Shown here: in pieces, positions 1 through 16,529 of the stretch | How positions within the stretch are numbered: position 1 is the stretch's first letter | Layout: each line of letters starts with the position of its first letter | Origin: Anolis carolinensis | Taxonomy: Eukaryota | Direction of reading: 5' to 3' | NCBI RefSeq assembly: GCF_035594765.1 | Contig: NW_026943824.1 | Coordinates: forward strand, 8,450,317 to 8,514,316 | Length of the DNA: 64,000 bases | Program-made: the position numbers and the translations under genes | Notes under the pieces: generated by a model | Databases searched by the model: none | Told to the model about the DNA's origin: nothing | Seen by the model: the letters and a program-made list of their open reading frames with translations, nothing else

Positions 1-99
1 TTTGGCCTACAACTCCAAGAAATCTCAGCCAGGGATTTCTGGGAGTTGAAGGCCAAAATATATGGAGACTCACAAGTTGAGAACCATTGATAAAGCATG

Positions 100-343
100 T
101 GTCATGATCTCCAATCTTTGACATATCTGGTCGGCTGACAAAGAACAGATGCCAGCCATAAAACGGGCCAGCCATAAAACCTCAATTACCCTCTGGTATG
201 TGAGAGCCCCTATATAAATGGGCCAAAGAGAAGGTTCTGGTACTCTGTACAATAAAACCTGTTGGAATCTACCAGCGTGTGTCTTGGTGCTTTTTCTGGT
301 GGAAGACTGACCCATAGCACAACTGGGAGAAGAGAACCTGACA
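100..343 (+). mobile_element. Solo LTR (short family)
   Basis: TGTCA...TGACA termini, TATA and AATAAA. Paralogous to 3088-3329. Confidence 0.7.
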
Positions 344-459
344 ATTTGTACAGAATACCAGAACCTTCTCTTTGGCCCATTTATATAGGGGCTGGCATTG
401 GAAAATTCCAAATTTTTAGTAGAAGCGTTTGAATCCTTGGGGGGGAGGGGGGGAACTCA

Positions 460-558
<99 letters not shown>

Positions 559-672
559 TTATGATAGTGTAGATTAGGTATAGGCCAATTACGACCCTGT
601 AGGTGTTTTGGACTGCAACTTCCACCATTCCTAACAGCCTCAGGCCCCTTCCTTTTCCCTCTCAGCCGCTTA

Positions 673-4283
<3,611 letters not shown>

Positions 4284-4526
4284 CCCTGCGAGGCTACCGA
4301 ATCAGGCCTTCCTGCCGTTTGCATGCACTTCAGTGTCCCACTTCGTGGCACGTCTTTGGCAAGAACCTGTGAGAATCATATGCTTGTAATGCAAAAATAA
4401 TCCTTTCTTAACTATTTCGACTTCTCTCTATGAGTGGACTTTCGTACTCTTCATTGTCACCAGCTGAAGCCCTGGACATTCTAATTTATTTTAATTTAAA
4501 AAATGTGTATGATCGTAATATATATT

Positions 4527-4558
<32 letters not shown>

Positions 4559-5029
4559 CTTTATTTATACCCCGCCACGCCACCATCTCCCTGCGGGGAC
4601 TCGGGGTGGCTTACATGGGGCAGAGGCCCAAACAAACAACAACATAATACGAATCACAATATAAAAAGATAAAAACAGTAATACAATATGAAGCAAGAAA
4701 ATTATAACAGTTAAAAACCAGTCAACTGAAACAACAAGGGTAAAAGTTGCATTTAAAACACATAAATGGTAAGGACATAATAAATACAGGATAGATTATT
4801 AAAAAACCATCTGGGGCTGATTAGCTAATGACTGTCTCACCGAAGGCTATATATGAGGCCAATAGAACCAAATATATATACTATATATGAGGCCAATACT
4901 GTAGAACAAAAAAAAAATCCAATTGCCCCTCTGTGGGATATATATATATACCTAATATATATACCCACCCATGTTGGAAACCAAAGTTTGGAATACCAAA
5001 TAAATGAATACAGTATTATTAACACTCAT

Positions 5030-5243
5030 CTGGATTGCTATGAGTTTTCTGGGCTGTCTGGCCATGTTCCAGAAGCAGTCTCTCCTGATGTTTTGCCCAC
5101 ATCTATGTCAGGCATGCTCAGAGGTTGTGAGGTCTGTTGGAAACTAGCCAAGTGGGGTTTACATAGCTGTGGAAACTTCAGGTTGGGAAAAAGAACTGCT
5201 TGAGGCAAGTGTGAACATTGCAATTGGCCAGCTTGATTACTAT

Positions 5244-5299
<56 letters not shown>

Positions 5300-6060
5300 T
5301 TTATTTTTGTATGCCACCTCCATCTCCCCAACGGGAACTCAGAGTGGCTCACATGGGGGCAAGCCCAATACAATAATATAATATCATAAAATCAACAGTT
5401 AAGACATCAATGCATTTAAAAAACAAATTAACAAGTCATGATTTAAAATAGACATAATTAAAATATTAAACAATCATCCGAAGCGTTAAAAGGTCCAATA
5501 TAGCCTTGCAGTTTCAAAGCCTAGCCACTTCCTGCCTGGGGGAATTCTTTGTTGGGAGATGTCAGCTGGCCCTGATTATTTACTGTTTGGAATTCTGTTT
5601 TTTTTTTTTTTTTTAGTATTGTACTTTATTTACTGTCCTGTCCTAATTTAAAAAATACTGGTAGCCAGACTTTGTTCATTTTCATGGTTGCCTCCTGTCT
5701 GTTGAAATTGTCCACATGCTTGTGGGTTTCAATGGCTTCAATAGTCTGAGATGGTGATTGTTAGAGCGGTCCAGCATTTTCTGTGCTCTCAAATAATATG
5801 CTGCGTCTAGGTAGGTTCATCAAGTGCTCTGCTATGGCTGACTTCCCTGGTTAGAGTAGTCTGCAGTGCTTTTCCTGTTCCCAGCATAGTATTCCCCCAG
5901 ACAGTAAGCAGCTAGACTTTGAAGCTGAAAAACTATTCAATGCTAATCAAGGTGGCCCAATTGAAACATTCAGACTTTCCTTAAACAGGCAAGAGTTTCT
6001 TCTCTCTCCCTGGACATTCCAAATACATACAGTAAACCCCACTTAACTAGTTTCTCACAT
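5030..6060. mobile_element. Penelope-like repeat fragments (also at about 11140-11345, 24905-25115, 31235-31530, 32165-32340, 42390-42860 and 62508-62730)
   Basis: Shared blocks such as GGCCATGTTCCAGAAG and GCCAGGCTTTGAAGC. The family assignment is from memory. Confidence 0.55.
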
Positions 6061-6061
6061 A

Positions 6062-7938
6062 CAGTAGAGTCTCACTTATCCAAGCTAAACAGGCCAGCAG
6101 AAGCTTGGATAAGCAAATATCTTGAATAATAACGAGGGATTAAGGAAAAGCCTATTAAACATCAAATTAGGTTATGATTTTACAAATTAAGCACCAAAAC
6201 ATCATGTTATACAACAAATTTGGCAGAAAAAGTAGTTCAATACGTAGTAATGTTATGTTGTAATTACTATATTTACAAATTTAGCTCCAAAATATCATGA
6301 TATATTGAAAATATTGACTACAAAATGGCTTGGATAATCCAGAGGCTTGAATAAGCGAAGCTTGGATAAGTGAGATTCTACTGTACTTAATTACTTCTGA
6401 AAATGTCTGCCATAGATTCAAGTGAAATATTAGGAAGTAAAATACAGTAGTCTCTCACTTATCCAAGCTTCATTTATCTAAGATTTTATATTATCCAAGG
6501 CGGTCTGCCTTTTAGTAGTCATTGTTTTTGTAGTAAATGTTGCAATGTTTTGGTGCTAAATTCATAAATACAGTAGAGTCTCACTTATCCAAGCTAAACA
6601 GGGCGGCAGAACGTTGGATAAGCGAATATGTTGGATAATAAGGAGGGATGAAGGAAAAGCCTATTAAACATCCAATTAGGTTATGATTTTACAAATTAAG
6701 CACCAAAACATCATGTTTTACAACTAATTTGACAAAAAAGTAGTTCAATATGCAGTAAGTTGTGCTGTAATTACTGTATTTACAAATTTAGCACCAAAAT
6801 ATCATGATATATTGAAAACATTGACTACAAAAATGGTTTGGATAATCCAGAAACCTGGATAAGCGAGGCTTGGATAAGTGAGACTCTACTGTATTTACGA
6901 ATTTAGCACCAAAATATCATGATATATTGAAAACATTGACTACAAAAATGGCTTGGATAATCCAGAAACTTGGATAAGCGAGGCTTGGATAAGTGAGACT
7001 CTACTGTATTTATGAATTTAGCACCAAAATATCATGATATATTGAAAACATTGACTACAAAAATGGCTTGGATAATCCAGAAACCTGGATAAGCGAGGCT
7101 TGGATAAGTGAGACTCTACTGTATTTACGAATTTAGCACCAAAATATGATATATTGAAAACATTGACTACAAAAATGGCTTGGATAATCCAGAAACTTGG
7201 ATAAGCGAGGCTTGGATAAGTGAGACTCTACTGTATTTATGAATTTAGCACCAAAATATCATGATATATTGAAAACATTGACTACAAAAATGGCTTGGAT
7301 AATCCAGAAACTTGGATAAGCGAGGCTTGGATAAGTGAGACTCTACTGTATTTATGAATTTAGCACCAAAATATCATGATATACAGTAGAGTCTCGCTTA
7401 TCCAACGTTCTGGATTATCCAATGCATTTTTGTAGTCAATGTTTTCAATACATTGTGATATTTTGGTGCTAAATTCGTAAATACAGTAATTACTACATAG
7501 CATTACTGCATATTGAACTACTTTTTATGTCAAATTTGTTGTATAACATGATGTTTTGGTGCTTAATTTATAAAATCATAACCTAATTTGATGTTTAATA
7601 GGCTTTTCCTTAATACCTCCTTATTATCCAACATATTCACTTATCCAACATTCTGCCGGCCCGTTTATGTTGGATAAGTGAGACTCTACTGTATTGGAAA
7701 CATTGACTACAAATATGGCTTGGATAATCCAGAAGCTTGGATAAGTGAAACTCTACTGTACTACATAACATTACTGTGTATTGAACTGCTTTTTCTGTCT
7801 ATTTCTTGTAAAACATGATGTTTTGGTGCTTAATTTGTAAAATCATAATGTCATTTTATGTTAAGGCTTTTTTCTCAATCCCTCGTTATCCAAGATCTTG
7901 CTTAACCCGTTTATCTTGGGATAACTGTCACTCTACTG
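6062..7938. mobile_element. Cluster of nested Tc1/mariner-type MITEs (TIR CAGTAGAGTCTCACTTATCCAA, TA target)
   Basis: Copies at 6062-6383, 6445-7938 (outer), from 6571 (nested) and 7383-7691. The same family also occurs at 20369-20687, 24014-24319, 26016-26805, 33171-33478, 43476-43799, 43875-44192, 44708-45010 and 62857-63177. Confidence 0.85.
6776..7380 (+). repeat. Tandem array of a MITE right end (about 115-bp unit, 5 or more copies)
   Basis: CTACTGTATTT recurs at 6886, 7001, 7116, 7228 and 7343. Confidence 0.9.
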
Positions 7939-7985
7939 TAATCCAGAAATTATAACCTTAGTAATAGTCAACAACACAATTCTCA

Positions 7986-7999
7986 TCTATTTTTTCACC
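7986..7999 (-). terminator. U2 3' box-like element
   Basis: Minus-strand GTGAAAAAATAGA about 20-35 nt downstream of the U2 3' end; resembles the 3' box consensus GTTTN(n)AAARNNAGA. Confidence 0.5.
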
Positions 8000-8021
8000 A
8001 GAGAGATTCCTCCCAGAGGGA

Positions 8022-8208
8022 GGTGCACCGTTCCTGGAGGCACTGCAATACCAGGTCGATGCGTGGAGTGGATGGAGCAAGCCCCTATTCCATCTCCCAG
8101 GCCCAAAAATCCATTTAATATATAGTCCTCAAATAGAGGACGTATCAGATATTAAACTGATAAGAACAGATACTACACTTGATCTTAGCCAAAAGGCCGA
8201 GAAGCGAT
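8022..8208 (-). ncRNA. RNU2: U2 spliceosomal snRNA
   Basis: The reverse complement reads ATCGCTTCTCGGCCTTTTGGCTAAGATCAAGTGTAGTATCTG...GGATTTTTGG (Sm site)...CCAGGAACGGTGCACC. It is full length (187 nt), and the branch-pairing GTAGTA is intact. Confidence 0.98.
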
Positions 8209-8249
8209 ACCAAACGCTTTCCGAGCTGCCCAGGTCCCTCCTTCCGAGG

Positions 8250-8465
8250 ATCTTTCAACTTACTGGGAGAGCCGTGAATACGCACAAGCGCCTGGAAACG
8301 TCTTTGAACTATCCGACCCCTAACCCCTGCCAATGTATGCCACAAACCCAATACTTTCCAACACCCAAGTGGACACATTCATATAGAGACAATTTAATGC
8401 TATATTCTACGCGTCTTGTCCACTTTTAACTTTTTCCACTGGTAAAATTTGCATGACTCCGCCCA
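8250..8465 (-). promoter_or_regulatory. snRNA-type Pol II promoter for U2 (PSE plus DSE)
   Basis: Octamer ATTTGCAT at 8447-8454 next to a GC box (about -240 to -255 from the U2 start). PSE-like CTCTCCCAGTAAGTTGAAAG at about -63 to -44. Confidence 0.7.
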
Positions 8466-8659
8466 CTTTCTCTCCCGCGCAGCCCTGTGGTGATTGTGTT
8501 CATTCCTTGCCGGCCTTTCAAGTATTTCTTTCTCTACCTATCAAGTGCAAGTATATATTGATAACTGAGGGGAAGAGGCGGGGGAAGGGGTTTTTGGTGT
8601 TAGCCAACAATAATAAATCATTATTAAATCATATCTATGAAGTGCTAAGCTTTACTTAC

Positions 8660-8760
8660 AGAGAGGCCAACGCAGGCTCCCTCAGCAACCGCCAGCTGAA
8701 CTGCTCCGCCTTAGCCCCGCCTACTTTCTGGGCCCGGGTGGTAACCATGGCAACCCCGAA
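8660..8760 (-). promoter_or_regulatory. Probable RSPH10B promoter and non-coding first exon, with an RFX X-box
   Basis: Near-perfect X-box GTAACCATGGCAAC at 8741-8754 with GC boxes nearby. Minus-strand donor GTAAGT at 8659-8654. Matching acceptor (...TCTCACAG) at 4368-4367, upstream of the RSPH10B ATG. Confidence 0.65.
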
Positions 8761-8946
8761 GATTCCAAGACCAAAAAGCATGCTTTTCTGTTCCGGAAGA
8801 AGCCTTTGACTGGTTCACCTTCACTTTCCATTTAGTACTCTTGCAAATTAAATGTCTTGCATTGCATAGAAAGACTTCGAAATCACCCTTTTTTTGCATC
8901 ACTGACACAAGGTCAGTTTACCATATAGGATCCCAAGGGCCATCGA

Positions 8947-9360
8947 TCTATATATATAAAAGAGTGATGGCATCATGGCAATTCACAAAACAACAAATGT
9001 ACAGCCCCCCCCCAACCTCAAAATTTGACAACACAACCCATCATCCACGCCTCAAGGTTGATACAACAAAAAGAAAAGAAAAATAAAGTCCAAATTAGAG
9101 GGAGAGCAATAATTTTTTTTATCCAATTGCTGCCAGTTTAGAGGGCTAATCTCTGCCCACTTGGTTGCCTAGCAACCAATTCAGCCAAAGGACAGCCAGG
9201 TTTCAGTTAGGGGACAGGCAGATTTAGGCCTCACTTAGACTTCTTCCACAGATTATCTAATTTGCACTGGATTATATGGCAGTGTAGACTCAAGGCCCTT
9301 CCACACAGCTATATAACCCATTTATAATCTTATATTATCTGCTTTGCACTGGATTATCTT
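8947..9360 (+). mobile_element. 3'-truncated non-autonomous Helitron
   Basis: Same 5' end and body as 9701-10239; lacks the CTAG end. Confidence 0.7.
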
Positions 9361-9375
9361 GTATATCATAATATA

Positions 9376-9696
9376 GGTAAAGGTAAAGGTTTCCCCTGAC
9401 ATTAAGTCCAGTCATATCTGACTCTGGGGGTTGGTGCTCATCTCCATTTCTAAGCCGAAGAGGCAGCGTTGTCCGTAGACACCTCCAAGGTCATGTGGCC
9501 GGCATGACTGCATGGAGCGCCGTTACCTTTCTGCCGGAGCGGTACCTATTGATCTACTCACATTGGCATGTTTTCGAACTGCTAGGTTGACAGGAGCTGG
9601 AGCTAACAGTGGCCACTCACGCCGCTCCCGGGGCTTGAACCTGGGACCTTTCGGTCTGCAGCTCAGTGCTTTTACACACTCTGCCACCAGGGCTCC
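9376..9696 (-). mobile_element. Sauria SINE
   Basis: (AAAGGT)n tail and conserved core; paralogs across the window. Confidence 0.8.
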
Positions 9697-9700
9697 TATA

Positions 9701-10239
9701 TCTATATATATAAAAGAGTGATGGCATCAGGGCAGCGGACAAAACAACAAAACTACAGGCCCCCCAACCTCGAAATTTGACAACACAACCCATCATTCAT
9801 GGCTCTAGGTTGATACAACAAAAAGAAAAGAAAAATAAAGTCCTAATTACAGGGAGAGGAATAATAGTTTTTATCCAATTGCTGCCAGTTTGAAGGCTAA
9901 GCTCTACCCACTTGGTCTCCTAGCAACCTACTCAGCCCAGGGGACAGGCAGAGTTAGGCCTCACTTAGGCCTCTTCCACAGATTATCAGATTTGAACTGG
10001 ATTATATGGCAGTGTAGACTCAAGGCCCTTCCATACAGCTATATAACCCATTTGGAATCTTATATTATCTGCTTTGAACTGGATTATCTTGACTCCACAC
10101 TGCCATATAATCCACTTCAGTGTGCATACTAAACATAAAGACAACCATATAACAGACATTCAATACTACCACTACCTCAACAATTTCTCACCAACACCGC
10201 CAGACAACGCCACAGCAACGCGTGGCCGGGCACAGCTAG
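9701..10239 (+). mobile_element. Non-autonomous Helitron
   Basis: A|TC...GCCACAGCAACGCGTGGC...CTAG|T termini, with no TSD. Confidence 0.85.
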
Positions 10240-10630
10240 TATCATAATATAATAATTGTATATTATATATTACATGCAATGTTACTAATTGTATTGCAGT
10301 ATGGTGGTATAGTACAATATAACAATATATAAAACGAATACTGTACTATGTTAATAAAATATAGTATATATATAATGTTTTAAGGTAATATATTATTATT
10401 ATTATTATATTGCAATATAGTAATACAGTACTGATATATTAAAAATAATTATTATCTATTGGAGGTGCTTTGAATGCGATATTCCTGCTTCTTGGCAGGG
10501 GGCTGGACTGGATGGCCCACAAGGTCTCTTCCAATTCTAGGATTCTAAGATTCTAATGATAATATATGATGCAGGTAGCTTTTGGTGTGAGAGAATTGGC
10601 TGTCTATATAGACGTTGCCCAGGGGATGCC

Positions 10631-11084
10631 TGTGTCAGCGTGGGGATCAGGATACGTGCCGGGTGGGTTTCTCCAAACTCCATCAATCATCTTCTCCAGC
10701 ACCCTGATGAATTGGTTGCAATCATCTGCCACACCAATTCCTCTGTTCAAATGTCAAACTCAAACACATATGTAGTCTGAAGTCCAAACATTTATTTCAA
10801 TATCTACAAACATATTTAAAAAGCATAGCAAAATCCATCGCTCTGAGCTGGCATTCTTCTATAGCCTCTCGCCTCGGCAAGCACCGCTCAACACAGAGGT
10901 AAGAAAACACATTCCTCAGTCAGAAGGAAGTTCCGACCTCCAAAGGCCGGAAATCATGCCTGATAAGTCAACAGCAGGCTGTCAGTCTAACTAGCCTCCT
11001 GTTAACTGTTTCATTGCTGAAACACACACTCTAGCAAAACAGCAGAAACACTTGATTTCATACACATACAACCATAATCCAACA
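10631..11084 (-). mobile_element. Possible solo LTR interrupting an older repeat
   Basis: TG...CA ends split the flanking repeat (GACGTTGCCCAGGGGATGCC | CCGGATGTG). No clean TSD. Confidence 0.4.
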
Positions 11085-11726
11085 GTCCGGATGTGTTACT
11101 GGGAGGTTTCTCTCACGTCCCTGCAAGCTATAGCTGACATTTATTAAATGTTCTTGGTGGGTCTGTAGATTTGTTTGGAGGTTGTGTTTCTTCATCAGCT
11201 TCTCTATGCAGTCAGTGCTCCCCTTGATGTATGGTAAGAACACTTTTTCTCTAGTCTTTGTATTTACTCTCGTGGCTTGGTCTTTGAAATCTTCTGAGGT
11301 CTGGCATAGAATACCCATTGGCCCGTAGAGCCCAGCTTAGCCTGTACAGAGCCCAGTACAGTTTCCATCTTTTTTGAGTCACTGGAACTGCATGGTTCAA
11401 AGTAATACAGCCATAGGAATAAAATGAAGACAAGTTAGGAAGATTTTTTAAAAAATTTAATGAATACTGGCGTAGATATGTGTGCATGTATATATATAAT
11501 ATCTAGTATAAAAAATGAGGTCATCCAAGTTGTGATAATGTATGGATAAGCGATTCCTTGTATGCACAGAGGCAAACACTGTTTTCCCCAAAGGCAGGAA
11601 AACTACTTTGGATCTTTGCTGATGACATGATACAATTACGGGTTTCATGATCAAGCGGGATTCTCAAAACACCAGAATTGTTTTCACGATAAAGAAAATG
11701 GCTACGTTCCCAAAAGAAACAGCTTG

Positions 11727-12532
11727 TTAGTCTTGTGAAATCAAGTCCAAATTGGCGAGATGCCTGATTGTTGGCCTTCCGTGGGGACAGTTCCAGGGAT
11801 GCTCAATCTCGCCCATATGAGTGATCAGTTTCTTCATTTCCTTCGCGTTAAGTGCCGTTCCAACCATCACCTGAGGAAGGAAAAGCAGTGAGGACGATGG
11901 CCCAGAAATTCTGCATCTATTCTGCGATACTATATATCACTTAAGCGGCCGGGGGGGGGGGGGGCAGAAAGGGGCCTGAGGCTGTTAGAAATTCTGGAAG
12001 TCCAAAACACCTGGAGAGAGGACCCAAGTTTGGCCATGGCTATACTACGGCATAGCTACATCCCAAGGTTTGATTTTTTTTGGAGTTCTAATAGTTTTGT
12101 TTTGAAAGAAGGTATCATAAGCAGGCAGCAACGGTAATGCACACGTTTTCTGCCGCTGAATATTACAACAATATAATAATATATAATACTCATATTATAC
12201 TATACTAATAATATAATATATTGTATATACATATACCGTATATACTTGAGTATAAGCCGACCCGAATATAAGCCGAGGCACCTAATTTTACCACAAAAAA
12301 ACTGGGAAAACATTGACTCCAGTATAAGCCGAGGGTGGTAAATTTCAGAAATAAAAATAGATCCCAATAAAATTACATTAATTTAGGCATCAGTAGGTGA
12401 AATGTTTTTGAATGTTTACATAAAGCTCAAATGTAAGATAAGACTGTCCAACTCTGATCAAATCATTATTCTCATCTTCTTCAATGTAAATGTGCTTATG
12501 TATCCTTTTAATAATAGAGTAAAAGAATACAT

Positions 12533-12576
<44 letters not shown>

Positions 12577-14114
12577 TACAGGAAAATAATACAAGTAATA
12601 ATAAATAAAGTAAAATAATAAATGCAATAATAATAATAAGATCAGAGTGAAATTATAAATGCATTAATAATAATAATAATTTTATTTATTATTATTATTA
12701 AACTTATATACCGCTACTCCCGGTTTGGCTCGGAGCGGTTTACAAAAATAGATTAAAACAATACACTTGGCTTTAAAATAACAATAAAAACAATAAAAGC
12801 AACAATAAAAGCAACAATAAAAACAGACATAGCCCTGAGTCTTTCACCCATTGAACGCTTGTCGGAAGAGCAAGGTTTTGCAGGCTTTCCAAAAGGCAAG
12901 TAAGTCTTGGGTAATAATAATAATAATAATAATAAAATAAAATAAATGTAATAGTAGCAACAATAATAGAGAAAAATGATAATTGTAATAATACCAATAA
13001 TAATAGAGAAAAATAATAAATGTACCATATATTCTCGTGTATAAGCTGACCCAAATATAAGCCAACCAGGACCCCCACCCGAGTATAAGCCGAGGGGGGA
13101 TTTTTCATTCTTTAAAAAAGGGCTGAAAAACTAGGCTTATACTCGAGTATATACAGTAATAATATATAATACTCATATTATGCTATACTAATAATATAAT
13201 ATATCGTATATACATATAATATTGATAATAATATTATAATTAATACAATATAATAATAAAACACTATTATAATTGTATATTATATATTACATGTAATATT
13301 ACTAATAATATTGTACTACAGTGGTATAGTACAATATAGTAATATATAATGATTATATTGTGCTATGCTAATAATATAATATATATATATATATAATATA
13401 ATATATTGTATGTACTACAATATAATAATAATACACTATTATGATCGTATATTATATATTACATGTAATATTACTAATAATATTGTAATACAATATAGTA
13501 ATATATAATGATTATATTGTGCTATGCTAATAATATAATATATTGTATGTACATATAATATTGATAATAATATAATGTAATACACTATTATAATTGTATA
13601 TTATATATTACATGTAATATTACTAATAATATTGTAATACAGTGGTATAGTACAATATAGTAATATATAATGATTATATTGTGCTATGCTAATAATATAA
13701 TATATTGTATGTACATATAATATTGATAATAATATAATGTAATACACTATTATAATTGTATATTATATATTACATGTAATATTACTAATAATATTGTAAT
13801 ACAGTGGTATAGTACAATATAGTAATATATAATGATTATATTGTGCTATGCTAATAATATAATATATTGTATGTACATATAATATTGATAATAATATAAT
13901 GTAATACAATATAATAATAATACACTATTATAATCGTATATTATATATTACATGTAACATTACTAATAATATGGCAATATAGTGGTATAGTACACTATAG
14001 TAATATATAATGATTATATTGTGCTATGCTAATAATATAATATATTGTATGTACATATAACTTGTAAGCTGCCCTGAGTCCCCTTCGGGGTGAGAAGGGT
14101 GGGATATAAATGTC

Positions 14115-14149
<35 letters not shown>

Positions 14150-15744
14150 CATTCAGCAGCAAATAATTTTTTTGGTTTCAGAGTTTTGGAAATTGAAGTG
14201 CTCCTTAGATTCAATGATACATTAGACTCGAGCAAAAACTGCCTGAAGCTAACACAATACTTACAGACTTTCGACAAGCTCTAGAAGCAAACATCTGCCT
14301 GACTCGGGAAGGCCTGCACATCACTCCTGGGCTGTCACTCAACATGAAGATCAGCTCATCTATATCTTGGGGACCAAATGTCCAGTTTTTGCTCATTGGC
14401 AGAGAAATGAGTTGTACTCTTTGGGTGACAGGAGCTGAAAGGTTTTAGAATGATGTGAAAGTTCATGTTACATTTTACAACATACATGTTAGATAAAGGT
14501 AAAGGTTTTCCCCTGACATTAAGTCCAGTCGTATCCGACTCTGGTGGTTGGTGCTCATCTCTATTTCTAAGCCAAAGAACCGGCATTGTCCATAGACACC
14601 TCTTAGGTCATGTGGCCAGCATGACAGCATGGAGCACCGTTACTTTTGACATTTATATTAAATACAATATTTCCTAAGGGACCGCAGTGGCCGGTTAAAC
14701 CGCTGAGCTGAAGAACTTGCTGACCGGAAGGATGGTGGTTCGAATCCGGGGAGCAGGGTGAGCTCCCGCTGTTAGCCCCAGCTCCTCCCAACCTAGCAAT
14801 TTGAAAACATGCAAAGAGAAAGGTTTTTCAGAAGAAGTAAACTTCTGGGAAGATATAATGAAATCAGAGAGGAAACTGATAACAAAAATTTATAAGAAAC
14901 TACTTGAATGGGAAATAGCAGAAAAAGAAGGAAAAAAATACATGAAAAGATGGAGAGAAAATATAGGATAAACAATTAGGAAAGAAGAGTGGGGAAAAAT
15001 CTGGAAAAAGAAACTAAAATATACATACTCAATAGATCTAAAAGAAAATTGGATTAAAACTGCATACAGATAGTATATGACACCAAAAAAACTGGGAAAA
15101 TGTTACAAGAATACCAGCACAAGCTGCTGGAAATGTAAGCAGACAGAAGGAACATATTTCCACATATAGTGGACATGTGAAAAGGAGAAAAAATTCTGGA
15201 AAACAATACATGAGGAGCTTCAGAAAATTCTAAAAATTGCTATACCATGGAAACTGGAAACATTTCAACTAGTAATACATGAAATAAAGATGGAAAAAAA
15301 ATACAGACAAATTGTTATTCTTACTGACCACAGCCGCAAGATTGTGTTATGCTAAGTTATGGAAAAATCAAGATATACCTGATGAAGAAACCTGGATTAC
15401 AAAAATCTTAGAAATTAGAAATATGGATAGGCTTACCTTTCTCATGACTAAGAATAAAGGAATGAAAATAAAGGAAACCAGCTGGAAACAAGTAAATGAC
15501 TATCTCATGTTAAAGAATAAAAAAATATTGATATGATAAGAACTATTCGTAAAAACAAAACTATGTACAAAAACAAAGGGGAAGAAAGAAGAAAGGGAGA
15601 AAAGATCAAGAATAGAACAGAAAAATAGAAAAGGAACAGACCTCTGGAAGATACCAGGAAGTCAAAACAACCAATCATTTTTCTATGTAACATCGTTTCT
15701 CTATCCTGATCATTTTAACCTATGTTTATTTCTTCTTCGCCTAT

Positions 15745-15811
<67 letters not shown>

Positions 15812-16481
15812 TCTTCTATATACTGCAATTAAGTAACTATAACAATAACAAAAATTTAATTAATTTTTCCAGAATATACACAATTTAGTGTAATACAAAT
15901 AGTAAAATAGATACTCTAACTTGCAGTCTTAAATCTGTTCTATTTATATCCCTTTTTCATATCTATATATTAATCCTTCTTTTTCTCTTTCCTTTTTTCT
16001 TTTCCTTTTTCTTCTTTATTACTATTATATTATTATTGTATTATAAAAGAAATCTTAATAAAAAGTATTATAAAAAAAAAGAAAACATGCAAATGTGAGT
16101 AGATCAATAGGTACCACTCCAGTGGGAAGGTAACGGCGCTCCATCCGGTCATGCCGGCCACATAATAATAATAATAAATAATAATAAAACTTTATTTTTT
16201 CCCATCTATCTCCTCGAGAGGACTCAGGAGGTGTCTACGGACAACATCGGCTCTTCGGCCTAGGACTGGAGGTGAGCACCAACCTGCAGAGTCCGACGCA
16301 ACTAGTTCTAATGTGAAGGGGAAACCTTTACCTTTACAATATTTCCTACTTGCAATCTAAATCCTGAAGGTATTCATACCTAGCCCTTTATGTCCGTAAC
16401 ATACCAAAAGGGATCCAAATGAACATGGTGATTACAAAGGTGTGCGTTATGGGTATGATCTGATCAAGAGGACTGTTTTGA

Positions 16482-16529
<48 letters not shown>

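Noticed and set aside
6776-7380. Regular repeat array superficially like CRISPR
   Set aside because: The units are near-identical with no unique spacers, derive from a MITE end, and are in a eukaryotic context.
8022-8208. U2 as a processed pseudogene
   Set aside because: It is full length with no A-tail or TSD, and has correctly spaced DSE, PSE and 3' box elements.
12753-13108. ORFs with poly-L/Y/I/N runs (also about 4430, 5038, 20863 and 27507-27876)
   Set aside because: Translations of (AAT)n and (GAT)n microsatellites and AT-rich transposon interiors.
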